Sequence record: SRR22947727_1297
DNA length: 41,686 nucleotides
Reading direction: 5' to 3' (one strand)
Part shown: positions 18,260-27,784 of the stretch, in pieces
Numbering within the stretch: the first letter of the stretch is position 1
Layout of the letters: every line of letters starts with the position of its first letter
Made by a program: the position numbers and the translations under genes
Notes under the pieces: generated by a model
Seen by the model: the letters and a program-made list of their open reading frames with translations, nothing else
What the model was told of the DNA's origin: nothing
Databases searched by the model: none

Positions 18260-19982
18260 AATTATTATTTAATTCTTTAACAATATCTTCTGCTGCTTGT
18301 ACACAATTACCTATCTTACCGCTAAATAGAACAAAGTCATTATGTGTTCTTTTAATTATAGTAGGACGTTCATCAGTAGCGTCTTTATATGGCAGTACCG
18401 TTCTTATTGTAAACATGGAACCAATATGTACTGCTTCTTCTATTTCAGGAAAAAACTTTTTAGCTGATTCTATAAACCGGCCTACATTAGTAAACTTAGG
18501 TTCTTTTATAATACCTTTATCAATATATTCTCTATAAGCAGGTGGTATCTCTGGTGATGTGCCGTTGTTACGGCTATGGATGGCATGTACAACATTACCT
18601 CCTAAATGATATCCGGTATCACTATACGGATCAAAACACATAAAAGGTCCGTCCATTATTACTATGCTTTTATTTTTATACCTTTCTGGTAACTTAAATA
18701 AAGGTTTCTCACATAATTCAAATTGATAATTATCTTTATCTTCTGTGAGATCATTTAAAGATGCATATGTAGCTACTACGTTTATATCTTGATCAAAATC
18801 TGTTTTTCTATGGTTTAAAAATAAGTTTATACCAACACCTTTAATACGTTCCTCAACTACCTCTTTAAGTACGTTTGGGTCAAATAAGTTTTCTTGTACC
18901 TGAACGGTTAAGTTACAACCAGGCATAGGATCAACAACCTTCCAGTCTAATTTATGCTCATCTAAAACTTTCAAGTACCTAGTAGGTGTAGTTAAAGAGT
19001 CTTGTTTAGCTATAGAGTAAAAATGTTCGAAATTATTTAATATACTCTTACTGTAGAATTTTTGAAACTTTATTTCATTTTTGCTACATGAAGCTATAGT
19101 TTCTTTACTTCGAGGATAATGATAACCTCTATGCAATCTATACTGATTTATACTTGAAGCAGATTGAAGTATATCTGATTTCTGTTCATAAAGATTGACA
19201 ATATATCCTGCACTTGCCAACTTAATAGCAGCTGTAGTTCCATATATTCCGGCTCCTATAACATTACAAGTTCCATATAATGCTTTCTTTACTGCCATAC
19301 TAACTGAGGTAGCAAAAAGGCTTCTTTTATGATTCTCTTGAAAGTTAGCTTTCATTGAAAGAACGTTATCTAACATAGTTAGTAATGCATCACCGTCGTA
19401 GGTTGTAACTAAGTTATGTTCTTTTTTGCCATACCATTCAAAATTATACTCAAATCTATAACGTATGTCTCTCGTAAAGTATAGTTTAAAGTGTTTATGT
19501 AACGGTAAATTATTACTAACTACAACGGTTGGTACTATATCCCTTAACTCATAATCTAAATTATCGTACAGTAGGTAAAAGTGGTGGTAGGCCATTCTGT
19601 CGACAATGTTATCTTTAGTACCTCCCCATTTTTTGTAGATATATTCTTCTTGAGGAATAGGCTCTTCATAGTATAGAACATCGTCAATGTAGAAGTTTAC
19701 TTTATTCTTTTCAGCTATACTTATTAGTTCTTCTATAGCATAAACTGAAAAGCAAGCTGGTTTCTCGCAGAATACGTTTATCCCTTTCTCTAGAAAATAT
19801 TTAGCTTGTTCGTAATGAAATTCATTAGGAGTAGCTATAACTACCCAATCAACATCACCACATAGCCACCATTCACAACTAGAATCTAAAATCCACGTTA
19901 TCTTAATATAGTCTAGTTTTTCTAGCTTACTAATAATTTTTTTACCGAAAGAACCTTTACCTACTACCCCTACTTTAACCAT
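18249..19982 (-). CDS. Fusion of Gfo/Idh/MocA oxidoreductase and FAD-dependent oxidoreductase
   Basis: N-terminal GKGSFG, IATPNEFH, VFCEKP; second dinucleotide fold VIGAGIYG, ASSINQYRLHRGYHYPRS, SGKI. Confidence 0.85.
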   Translation of the reverse strand: MVKVGVVGKGSFGKKIISKLEKLDYIKITWILDSSCEWWLCGDVDWVVIATPNEFHYEQAKYFLEKGINVFCEKPACFSVYAIEELISIAEKNKVNFYIDDVLYYEEPIPQEEYIYKKWGGTKDNIVDRMAYHHFYLLYDNLDYELRDIVPTVVVSNNLPLHKHFKLYFTRDIRYRFEYNFEWYGKKEHNLVTTYDGDALLTMLDNVLSMKANFQENHKRSLFATSVSMAVKKALYGTCNVIGAGIYGTTAAIKLASAGYIVNLYEQKSDILQSASSINQYRLHRGYHYPRSKETIASCSKNEIKFQKFYSKSILNNFEHFYSIAKQDSLTTPTRYLKVLDEHKLDWKVVDPMPGCNLTVQVQENLFDPNVLKEVVEERIKGVGINLFLNHRKTDFDQDINVVATYASLNDLTEDKDNYQFELCEKPLFKLPERYKNKSIVIMDGPFMCFDPYSDTGYHLGGNVVHAIHSRNNGTSPEIPPAYREYIDKGIIKEPKFTNVGRFIESAKKFFPEIEEAVHIGSMFTIRTVLPYKDATDERPTIIKRTHNDFVLFSGKIGNCVQAAEDIVKELNNNYEN

Positions 19983-20727
19983 ACAAATACTTATATGTTT
20001 TTTCCATCCAGTAAGGTACGGATACGTCCTTATCAGGCAGACCGTTAAAATGCATTACGTAGCCTGCTTTAGTGTGCATCATATCTTCGTTAACTACCTC
20101 TTTAGCAGCAAGACAGCTCATGTTAAACTTATACGGTAACGCTTTAGTAGCTATTTTTTCTTTCCTAAGTAGGTAGTTTAGAGGAGTTTGATCAGTACCA
20201 ACGCCGTAAGTCTTTTGACACCAGAGTATATCATTAACGTTTGCTGCGTAAAACTCTCTCATAGTATTGAAAAACGGTCTATGAAAATTATTAACTATTT
20301 GAAAGCCGCTATTAAAATATTCATACCAATTAAAGAGTGGTTCGTCTTTAAAGAGATGATGCTTATAGTTCTCCATTGATCTAATGATCCAATCAAAGTC
20401 TCCATCGTCATGTACTAAGCAATACTTATCCTCAGTAAGTTCAAATATATCAGGACAATCTGGATGAACGATGGTGTCGGCATCTACTATTAATATTTGA
20501 TTAGCATCTATTTCGTTATGATCTAAGATATCAAAAAGAAAATATCTTTGCCAAATAACTCCCATAGCTTTAGGATCAACTATTGGTTCTTCCAAAAGGT
20601 AAAGCTGATGATTGTACTTATTGCAAAAGGATCTCCAGCTATCAATAGAGTACTGGTACTCTTTCTTAGTCTTACCGTCTTTCTTAATATCAATTATAAA
20701 AACTATATTATTCATATAAGTGTCCAA
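19975..20727 (-). CDS. GT-A glycosyltransferase (GT8/GT34-like)
   Basis: VDADT, YFNSG, DQTPLN, HFNG. Confidence 0.8.
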   Translation of the reverse strand: MDTYMNNIVFIIDIKKDGKTKKEYQYSIDSWRSFCNKYNHQLYLLEEPIVDPKAMGVIWQRYFLFDILDHNEIDANQILIVDADTIVHPDCPDIFELTEDKYCLVHDDGDFDWIIRSMENYKHHLFKDEPLFNWYEYFNSGFQIVNNFHRPFFNTMREFYAANVNDILWCQKTYGVGTDQTPLNYLLRKEKIATKALPYKFNMSCLAAKEVVNEDMMHTKAGYVMHFNGLPDKDVSVPYWMEKTYKYLYG

Positions 20728-21460
20728 AATTATCCCAAACCTGTTTCATAATAGAAATTCTGTTCTCTATAGGGAAGCCTGTGAAGTGCCAAACGTAAGC
20801 ATACTTAATAAAGAATGGAGTAGTGTCTAAATTAAGTTGCCAGTTATGTTTAAACATATTTTTTTTATGTATAGAAAATAAATTCCAGGAAGGAGGTAAA
20901 AATTTAATAGGGGTTTTAGTTTTAACTAATTCTAAATTTAATAACGTTTGAACTTTACCTACTCCTTTAATTACGTCAAGTTCATTACTCCTCTCTTTAT
21001 AAAGCTCAATCAAGTTATCATAAATGTGTCTATGTGCAGGAGTAAAGAAAGTTACTCCACTATTAATGTACTTATCTAAATCTATTGTGATTGAATCGTC
21101 ATAAAATTTACTATACTGATTAATAGAGTTCATAACCCACCTTAGTGAACCTCTATCGACAACCCCACAGAACTCATCTGTATAGAGATCAAAAGGATTA
21201 GGTGCATCCCATTTTACCATAGTATCCGAATCTACATTTCCAATCTTATCGTACTTATCGCCTACTATTTCAAAAATGCGATCTTTATTCCATACTGGGA
21301 ATTTATATCTTTCGTCATGTTCGGAAATGACTAAAAAGTCTATATTATTCTTTGAACACCATGCTTTCCAGCTATTAATAGCGTATTTACTATAATCAGA
21401 ATTTAAAAACTCAGAGGTGCTATGATTAATAGCAACCATGTAAATTAAATTTTTGGACAT
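20708..21460 (-). CDS. GT-A glycosyltransferase (GT8/GT34-like), paralogue of its neighbour
   Basis: VDSDT, YINSG, QTLLN, HFTG; 250 aa like the neighbour. Confidence 0.8.
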   Translation of the reverse strand: MSKNLIYMVAINHSTSEFLNSDYSKYAINSWKAWCSKNNIDFLVISEHDERYKFPVWNKDRIFEIVGDKYDKIGNVDSDTMVKWDAPNPFDLYTDEFCGVVDRGSLRWVMNSINQYSKFYDDSITIDLDKYINSGVTFFTPAHRHIYDNLIELYKERSNELDVIKGVGKVQTLLNLELVKTKTPIKFLPPSWNLFSIHKKNMFKHNWQLNLDTTPFFIKYAYVWHFTGFPIENRISIMKQVWDNFGHLYE

Positions 21461-21463
21461 ACA

Positions 21464-22090
21464 CTATAAAGTTTCGTAATAAGCGTTCTGTTTTTCTTGT
21501 CTTTCAATAGTCTTTGGATGATATAAAGCAAACTCTTCTTCCATCGGCAAAGTAGCATACTGGTTAAATCCTTCCAGTCTCTCATGTACTTTATTTACCC
21601 ATTTTATACTGGGGTCGTTTCTATATATTCTCCATTGGTAGTCAGGCCAATTAACCCATTCCTTTTCGTTAACACTCCATTTCCATTTTGCTATATGGTC
21701 TTGAGTAAGACCTTCTACTGTATTAACTCTGGGGACTAGCATTACGTCAACGTCTCCGTTCATTTCTAAAAGAAAGGGAAGAGTATCAAGTAGCTCTTCA
21801 TGAGGCATTTCATCAGCATCTATCTGGAATATGAAGTCTTTGGTGCAGTAACCGGTTAGTAAATTTTTCCAGTCGGCAAAATGGCTGTTGAAATAACCTC
21901 TCCATATCTGGAAGTTAGGAAGTTTGTTTTTCTTTCTTAGTATGTCTACTATCTCCTGGTCTCCGTTTTTTTGATCAAACAGAACTACAACTTCGTCGTT
22001 TGGACGTTTTTTAGACATTAGAAAGTCTACAAGCTTTAGTACCTCTTCTTTTTCATTACAAACGGTAATAGCATAACTTATGGAAATCAT
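21464..22090 (-). CDS. Glycosyltransferase family 2
   Basis: ISYAITVCNE, FADWKN, IDADE, PDYQWR, W.NKVHE. Confidence 0.88.
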   Translation of the reverse strand: MISISYAITVCNEKEEVLKLVDFLMSKKRPNDEVVVLFDQKNGDQEIVDILRKKNKLPNFQIWRGYFNSHFADWKNLLTGYCTKDFIFQIDADEMPHEELLDTLPFLLEMNGDVDVMLVPRVNTVEGLTQDHIAKWKWSVNEKEWVNWPDYQWRIYRNDPSIKWVNKVHERLEGFNQYATLPMEEEFALYHPKTIERQEKQNAYYETL

Positions 22091-22524
22091 ATTTTATAGA
22101 ATTCGATATAGTCAAGTGCATCCATAAAATCTTTTTTACCAAAAGCTTTAGCACCTTTCATATCCATTTTGTAGAGTTGCCCCTCTGGGTATTTATCTTT
22201 TTCTTCTTCTAAGATACGAACGGCCCTAGCAGCTTTCCAACTCCAATTTCGTTTATCTGTACCGTCGATAAATACCATACCTTTTTCCGGAATAGATATT
22301 GTAGCCGGAAACCAGACCAGGCCTTCTTTTACAACTGATAAATCCTTGTAAAGGTCAGGAGATGTTTCTTCAGTCTCTTTTACCAGGTCTAATCCTTTCT
22401 TCATTAATGTAGAAGTTGACATACCGCAACCAAAACAGAGGTATGTTGTAACGTTTTGTTCTTCTAATACTTGTTCGTAGCAGGCATTCCCACTACATAT
22501 TTTACATGTAATTAAATTATCCAT
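22087..22524 (-). CDS. Hypothetical protein with N-terminal Zn-ribbon
   Basis: CKIC...CFGC. Confidence 0.65.
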   Translation of the reverse strand: MDNLITCKICSGNACYEQVLEEQNVTTYLCFGCGMSTSTLMKKGLDLVKETEETSPDLYKDLSVVKEGLVWFPATISIPEKGMVFIDGTDKRNWSWKAARAVRILEEEKDKYPEGQLYKMDMKGAKAFGKKDFMDALDYIEFYKI

Positions 22525-23791
22525 CTATCTTTTTTAACTTAGGTAATTTAAGTTTAGGTAGGTTGAGCTCTACCTGCTGGGCAAATTCAGGTACATTTTT
22601 AGTTAAAATGTTCTCTACTAATTCAACCATCTTTTCAAAGCTAAAATTATTTTTAGTATGCATTTTATGCTTACGAGATTTAGTAACAAGACTCTTATAG
22701 TCTTTAAATGATTGCTTCAGAGCCGTACCTACCTGACCGTCGTCAGGTTTAAACCAACTTGATTCTTTTAGTAGTACTTTTTCTACAGAAGCTGATGGAT
22801 GTACTTTTTCAAGTTCTCCACCGATAAGCATGGTATAGTCTTTATGTAAGAAATCTAACTGACCTGACCATCCTGATGCTATAATAGGCTTACCGGTTGT
22901 AGTGAACTCCAGTAATGGCCTACCGAAGCCTTCTCCTTTATTAAGGCTCAACATCACTTTAACTTTAGGATGGTTGTATAAGCCATTTATTTCTTGATCG
23001 GACATTTCACCATGGAGTAGGTAGATGTTAGGCAGGCTGCCTTTTACGGTTCTACGTATTTGATCTATCTTATCGAGAATAGTTTCTCTGTCAATAATCG
23101 ATGTACCTACTTGATGCGTCTTTAAAAGTAATGCCGGTGGTTTGCTCTTATTTTTGAAGGTCTCTAAAAAGGCTTTAATGGTATAGCCAATATTTTTTCT
23201 ATCATGACCGAAGTCTCCTTTCATCCAATGACCAACTACCAGGTAACAGAACGATTCAGGTATAGGTAAGTCAACAGAAGTTACATCTTTATCTTGGTAC
23301 TTAGTTAAATCTACTCCCTCAAATACAACTTCAACCGGAGTAGTTAACTTTAACTCCTGTTTTTGTTTTGTTTTATTATCCTCTATGGTATAAATTGTCT
23401 GTTCAAAGACTCCTTTAGAATGCTCTGAAGATGTAAGTATAATGTCCATATTATTACATCCTTGTATCCATTCTGCAGCACAAATAGTAGTCTCTATACC
23501 TGCAGTTACTCCAATATTATATTTACCTACTTTTTGAAATTCATTAGGTACTGAGATCTGCATCCATACATCCGGTTGAGCGGTGAGGTTAGGGACGATT
23601 CTGGCTCTAAGGTCTGATTCGTTATGATCTTCTAAGTACCCGAATCTTGTATTACCCCATCGTTGAGATAGAATTTTGACATCCCAGTCAGGTTTAGCTT
23701 TAATTATAGCTTTAACTAAATCACGGCTACGGGCTCCATAACCGGAATAAGTATCTATTGGACAACTTATTACGCAACTTGCTTTACTCAT
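22517..23791 (-). CDS. GT-B glycosyltransferase, family 4-like
   Basis: SGYG, DRKN, KGEGFGRPLLE...GKPIIASGWSG..DFL. Confidence 0.88.
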   Translation of the reverse strand: MSKASCVISCPIDTYSGYGARSRDLVKAIIKAKPDWDVKILSQRWGNTRFGYLEDHNESDLRARIVPNLTAQPDVWMQISVPNEFQKVGKYNIGVTAGIETTICAAEWIQGCNNMDIILTSSEHSKGVFEQTIYTIEDNKTKQKQELKLTTPVEVVFEGVDLTKYQDKDVTSVDLPIPESFCYLVVGHWMKGDFGHDRKNIGYTIKAFLETFKNKSKPPALLLKTHQVGTSIIDRETILDKIDQIRRTVKGSLPNIYLLHGEMSDQEINGLYNHPKVKVMLSLNKGEGFGRPLLEFTTTGKPIIASGWSGQLDFLHKDYTMLIGGELEKVHPSASVEKVLLKESSWFKPDDGQVGTALKQSFKDYKSLVTKSRKHKMHTKNNFSFEKMVELVENILTKNVPEFAQQVELNLPKLKLPKLKKIDG

Positions 23792-23793
23792 TC

Positions 23794-25242
23794 TTAATAT
23801 CCAAAAAGGTTATGTGTTATATATTTTCTCGGTCTATCTACTGCTTTATGAATTTCGTATCTAGGACGAGGTATAAATTCTTCAAAGCCTCTATCACAGT
23901 ACTCTATAACTCTGTTAGCCATTTTTATAGCTGTAAAACCGGCTTCTTCTGACCTAGCCCACTCCCGGCCGGCTATTCCTCTTTTCTTTCTCTCTTCTGG
24001 TCCTAAGTTATATGTAAACTCTAAAGCAGCTCCTACGTCTTCAATACTGCATCTATCGTCAAAGATATAAGGAGTAGGAGGAGAACCTACCAGAGATCTA
24101 TTTGATGGAAAGACAGGTACTGCCCACTCACCATGTTCTTTAACAGAACCTAAATGGTTAGATGGAAATTCAGGAGTAAAGTCAATCCACTTCCCGTCCT
24201 TAGCAAATCTCATTTGATCCTGCATACCGCCGGTAGCGTTAGCAATAATCATAGTACCGGTCATCATAGCTTCGGTTAAAGATAGCCCCCAACCCTCATT
24301 AGAGGAAATAAGCACATTTACATCAGCTATATTATAAAGTAAGTTCATTTGCTCTGATGCTAATTTCTCTCTGGAGAAGAAAACATTTACGTACTCTGGG
24401 TCGCAGAATGCTTCTTTTACTGCATATAAATCCGTACCGTTATTATCAACCGGAGATGTATGCATTACTAAAGCACACTTCTTAGCCTTTTCTTTTCCTA
24501 TTCTATCACAGAAGTTTCTGTAAGCCAGGATTACATCACCCGGGCTCTTACGTCTAATATTTCTAGAATTATAGAAAGCTACAAACTCTATCTCTTTATC
24601 ACCAAAAATATTGTTTCTAAAGTTTTGATATTCTTCATATTGTTCAAACGATTCATCGATAGGAAAGAAAAACTTCTCATTTATACCATGAGGAACATAT
24701 TCAATAATTTTATCGTCAGCATACTCACCTAGAACTATCTCATTAATATTTTTAGTCTGTTTTGAAATAGCTAACAGTACGTCTACTGAGTTATAGAAAT
24801 TTTTATTGTACAAAGGAGCTGGATAGTCGTCCCAGATGTTAAGGTAGAAAATAGGTATCTTGCTTCTAATCTCTCGTTCTATTTCAAATAACCATACCCA
24901 GTATCTAGGGTCGGTAAAAAGAAATAAAGCGTCTGGTTTCTCCATTTTAATTAACTGACGAATCTTCATAGCATCACCGTACCCGGAGCTAGGAATAATT
25001 TTTACACTAGCGTCCTCTATACCGGCATGCTTATTTACATCCTCTGATATATCAAATGCTTTCCCTTCTTGGTCATGTTTAACAGCACCACCTAAATTAA
25101 CCCAGTTAAAGTGGTGGGCACTATTAATTACAATCTCTCTTGCCATCGTACCGACACCGGAGTGTAATCTTATATCGTCAGAGAGAAGAAGTATTTTTTT
25201 TCTTTCTTCTTTAGGTAAAAAACGAAACTTATCTTTCATCAA
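23794..25242 (-). CDS. GT-B glycosyltransferase, family 4-like
   Basis: SGVG, VPHG, SRNIRRK, SNEGWGLSLTEAM..G..IIANATGG. Confidence 0.88.
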   Translation of the reverse strand: MMKDKFRFLPKEERKKILLLSDDIRLHSGVGTMAREIVINSAHHFNWVNLGGAVKHDQEGKAFDISEDVNKHAGIEDASVKIIPSSGYGDAMKIRQLIKMEKPDALFLFTDPRYWVWLFEIEREIRSKIPIFYLNIWDDYPAPLYNKNFYNSVDVLLAISKQTKNINEIVLGEYADDKIIEYVPHGINEKFFFPIDESFEQYEEYQNFRNNIFGDKEIEFVAFYNSRNIRRKSPGDVILAYRNFCDRIGKEKAKKCALVMHTSPVDNNGTDLYAVKEAFCDPEYVNVFFSREKLASEQMNLLYNIADVNVLISSNEGWGLSLTEAMMTGTMIIANATGGMQDQMRFAKDGKWIDFTPEFPSNHLGSVKEHGEWAVPVFPSNRSLVGSPPTPYIFDDRCSIEDVGAALEFTYNLGPEERKKRGIAGREWARSEEAGFTAIKMANRVIEYCDRGFEEFIPRPRYEIHKAVDRPRKYITHNLFGY

Positions 25243-25427
25243 TCTATTTTAATTTTTTCTGTCTTTGTAACTTTAGCTTTAAAGTCTTCATCTGTAAGAT
25301 AAAGAAAAATTGACCTTTCGGCAAGCTTTTGGAAGGTAAAATCTTCGGTAATACAACGGGTCTTGAACCTGTTAAATAACTCCGGGTGTAAACGTACACT
25401 CGTTAATTTTTTGTCTTTACTACGCAT
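25239..25427 (-). CDS. Putative ribbon-helix-helix DNA-binding protein
   Basis: KLTSVRLHPELFNRFK...TFQKLAERSI: alternating beta strand followed by two helices; 62 aa. Confidence 0.55.
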   Translation of the reverse strand: MRSKDKKLTSVRLHPELFNRFKTRCITEDFTFQKLAERSIFLYLTDEDFKAKVTKTEKIKID

Positions 25428-25462
25428 AACAATTAATATATATTTATATATTATAAATAGGC

Positions 25463-26407
25463 TTAAAAATGAATTCCTTCACCACAAAGGTGTAAATTTT
25501 TCTTAAAAGGACAGAACCCGCAAGTCCATTTACTTGGGTCTTTTGTATAGACTTTTTCTTTATTATAACTACCGTCTTCATTGAATACTTCATTAACAAA
25601 GTTATCTAGTCTCTTCATTGCTTGAGCTCTTTTTATCTTTCCGGAAGCAGGTTCAAATTGCTGGACATACTTAGCGGTCCATTCCGTATCTTGAGGTATT
25701 TTTCTTTTAACAATAAAGTACTTAGCTTCTATCTTTTTAGGATCTACATTAAATATACGAGAAAAAAATTCTTTATAAAACAGCAATTGAGAAATTTTTA
25801 TGTCATCTTTCTTGGCATAATCAGTCCAACCGGAAGTAGAAGTTTTAATATCGTATATAGTAAACTTATCAGAAAATTCGTCATAGATAACTAAATCTAT
25901 ATATCCGTTGAAAAATATATTGTTACGGAGAGGGTACACAATTGGAACTTCTATGCCGGCTAGGTAGTACCCTTTCTTAAAGAAGTAATCTCCTCTCTTC
26001 TTTTTTAAGAAATCTAATATATTAACTCCTTGATGAAAAAATTCTTCTAGTTCGGCTGAGGTAGTAAAGTCTTTTCCTCCGTGAAGGTAGGCTTCCTTTT
26101 TAAAGTTTTTTCTTAGTCTTTGGTCTAAAAGCTCTATTAAGTTCATCTCTTGAGCTTTTTTTACAGAGACGTTATACATTTTATCTAGCCATTCCTGCAT
26201 CGTTTCATGCATGGCAGTTCCAAATAAAGCATGTATAGAAGCCTGGTATGGAGCTAGCTTACGAACATAAGTTAAGTACCACTTATGAGGGCATTGATAG
26301 TATTGATGAAACTGAGAGAAAGAAACGCTCTTTTCTGTCTCGTAATCTATCTTTCGTTTTTTATATTCCTGTACTTGACGTACAATCTTAGGAATTGATT
26401 TCGGCAT
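25463..26407 (-). CDS. PD-(D/E)XK nuclease, Cas4/AddB-like with probable Fe-S cysteine staple
   Basis: CPHKW, GTAMHE, GYIDL...DIKT, QLLFY, CGFCPF...C. Confidence 0.88.
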   Translation of the reverse strand: MPKSIPKIVRQVQEYKKRKIDYETEKSVSFSQFHQYYQCPHKWYLTYVRKLAPYQASIHALFGTAMHETMQEWLDKMYNVSVKKAQEMNLIELLDQRLRKNFKKEAYLHGGKDFTTSAELEEFFHQGVNILDFLKKKRGDYFFKKGYYLAGIEVPIVYPLRNNIFFNGYIDLVIYDEFSDKFTIYDIKTSTSGWTDYAKKDDIKISQLLFYKEFFSRIFNVDPKKIEAKYFIVKRKIPQDTEWTAKYVQQFEPASGKIKRAQAMKRLDNFVNEVFNEDGSYNKEKVYTKDPSKWTCGFCPFKKNLHLCGEGIHF

Positions 26408-26582
26408 ACTCTTCTTTGAGTTTTTCTACATAACAGGCAGCATCCATTAACTCTTCTTGTAGATGCTGTAACCATTCTAATAGATTTAAATCTTTTCTTT
26501 CTAAAGTAACTCCGTATTTTTTTTCACCAACCTCGGCACGTTTACGGATTTGTTCTATAACTTGTTCTTCTATTCTACTCAT
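26388..26582 (-). CDS. Small phage protein, possibly of the all-alpha NTP-pyrophosphatase superfamily
   Basis: G.KKYG.TL.R.DL...WL.H.QEELMD...Y with an EExxD motif. Confidence 0.55.
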   Translation of the reverse strand: MSRIEEQVIEQIRKRAEVGEKKYGVTLERKDLNLLEWLQHLQEELMDAACYVEKLKEEYAEINS

Positions 26583-26587
26583 AACCT

Positions 26588-26616
26588 AATATAACTATTT
26601 TTAATATGAAAAACAA
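26588..26616 (-). promoter_or_regulatory. Putative promoter, TTGTTT-N17-TATATT
   Basis: Same motif family; the -10 box is only 5 nt from the ATG at 26582. Confidence 0.6.
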
Positions 26617-27783
26617 CTACATATAGATAATCTTATCTTCATCTCCTTTATTTACCCAACCTTCTTTGCCGTTGTCAAATAGGACTCTTCTTTTAGTTGG
26701 AGTGCTTTGAAGTACTCTAGCTACTCTAACCTCTTTAGGTTCTTCTACTTCTTCAGGATCTTCTTCTACAGGATCTTCTTGTACCTCCCATTCATCTTCT
26801 AAAGTATTTTGAGTTATCTCCTCTTGAAGTTTATCATCATCTTCATCGTAATCTACTTGCTGTTTATATATTTCATGTGCGGCTTTTAAGTTTTCGTTTG
26901 GCTCTATATCTTCTTCTACAGCCTCAAAAAATTTCTCCCAGTCCTTTCTTGGTTGTTTTTCTTCTCTACCTTCATTTCTTGCAATATCGAAGGCGTAGTT
27001 GGCAGCCAAGACCATACTTACTGCTAGAGGATCAAATACAAATATAATAATTAAAAGAAGTATGTTAATGATTCTATCCATTGAGATACCGGTCAACCCT
27101 GATAAGTACTTCAATGGTCCTAATTCGGCTGCTATATCATTGCCAATATTAGCATCCAAAATAGCTACCTGGTATTTTTGTAATGAATCTGCTGCTTCAG
27201 ATCTATCAGCCTGTACCAGTCGTCTGTTTTCCTCTTCTGATTCTATTCTTTGTTGGGCAAGTCTTAATTCCGTAGTTGAAATAGTATTTCTAAATCCGGT
27301 AGCCGAACTTGTATCCCTTACTTGAATGTCTCTAGATTTAGCCTGAGATAATGTTGCAATATTATTAGATATTCTTTCCAGTTCAGTATCATACCTATCT
27401 ACATCTTCTTGGTAAAAATCTCTCTTCTGTTCCAGAAAAGCAATCTGTGTATCAACAATAGTGGCTTTGTTGGCTGTCTCTTGATATGCTGCCGATAAAA
27501 ATCCATAAATACCCATAGAGGTTATAATGATTAAAACGACTACGGCAGACGTTAAATATGCACGTAAGAGCTTACCTAGACGGTCCCAGTACTGGTGGAG
27601 AAGGGTGGCAAGAACGAGTTTGGAAGCCTCTAAAGAAGCTGCCATAATTATAACTTCGGTTGATGCACCGGCAAATAATTTACTTAACCCAGTAACAGAA
27701 TAAAAGGCAGCCGACACTGAAACCGAGAGTGCCGACAGCGCTATCACTGAAGGTAAAAAATACTTGCTAAGTTTTTTAAACAT
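26617..27783 (-). CDS. Membrane-anchored coiled-coil protein
   Basis: Three N-terminal TMs (...ITSMGIYGFLS), coiled coil, ELGPLKYL, a fourth TM (IIFVFDPLAV), acidic tail. Confidence 0.75.
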   Translation of the reverse strand: MFKKLSKYFLPSVIALSALSVSVSAAFYSVTGLSKLFAGASTEVIIMAASLEASKLVLATLLHQYWDRLGKLLRAYLTSAVVVLIIITSMGIYGFLSAAYQETANKATIVDTQIAFLEQKRDFYQEDVDRYDTELERISNNIATLSQAKSRDIQVRDTSSATGFRNTISTTELRLAQQRIESEEENRRLVQADRSEAADSLQKYQVAILDANIGNDIAAELGPLKYLSGLTGISMDRIINILLLIIIFVFDPLAVSMVLAANYAFDIARNEGREEKQPRKDWEKFFEAVEEDIEPNENLKAAHEIYKQQVDYDEDDDKLQEEITQNTLEDEWEVQEDPVEEDPEEVEEPKEVRVARVLQSTPTKRRVLFDNGKEGWVNKGDEDKIIYM

Positions 27784-27784
27784 A

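Noticed and set aside
8904-25242. Bacterial chromosomal O-antigen or capsule locus
   Set aside because: No flippase, polymerase or chain-length genes are recognisable, and the cluster is flanked by phage-type genes sharing the same promoter motifs.
25463-26407. Cas4-like gene as evidence of CRISPR-Cas
   Set aside because: No repeat-spacer array or other cas genes are visible; solo Cas4-like nucleases are common in phages.
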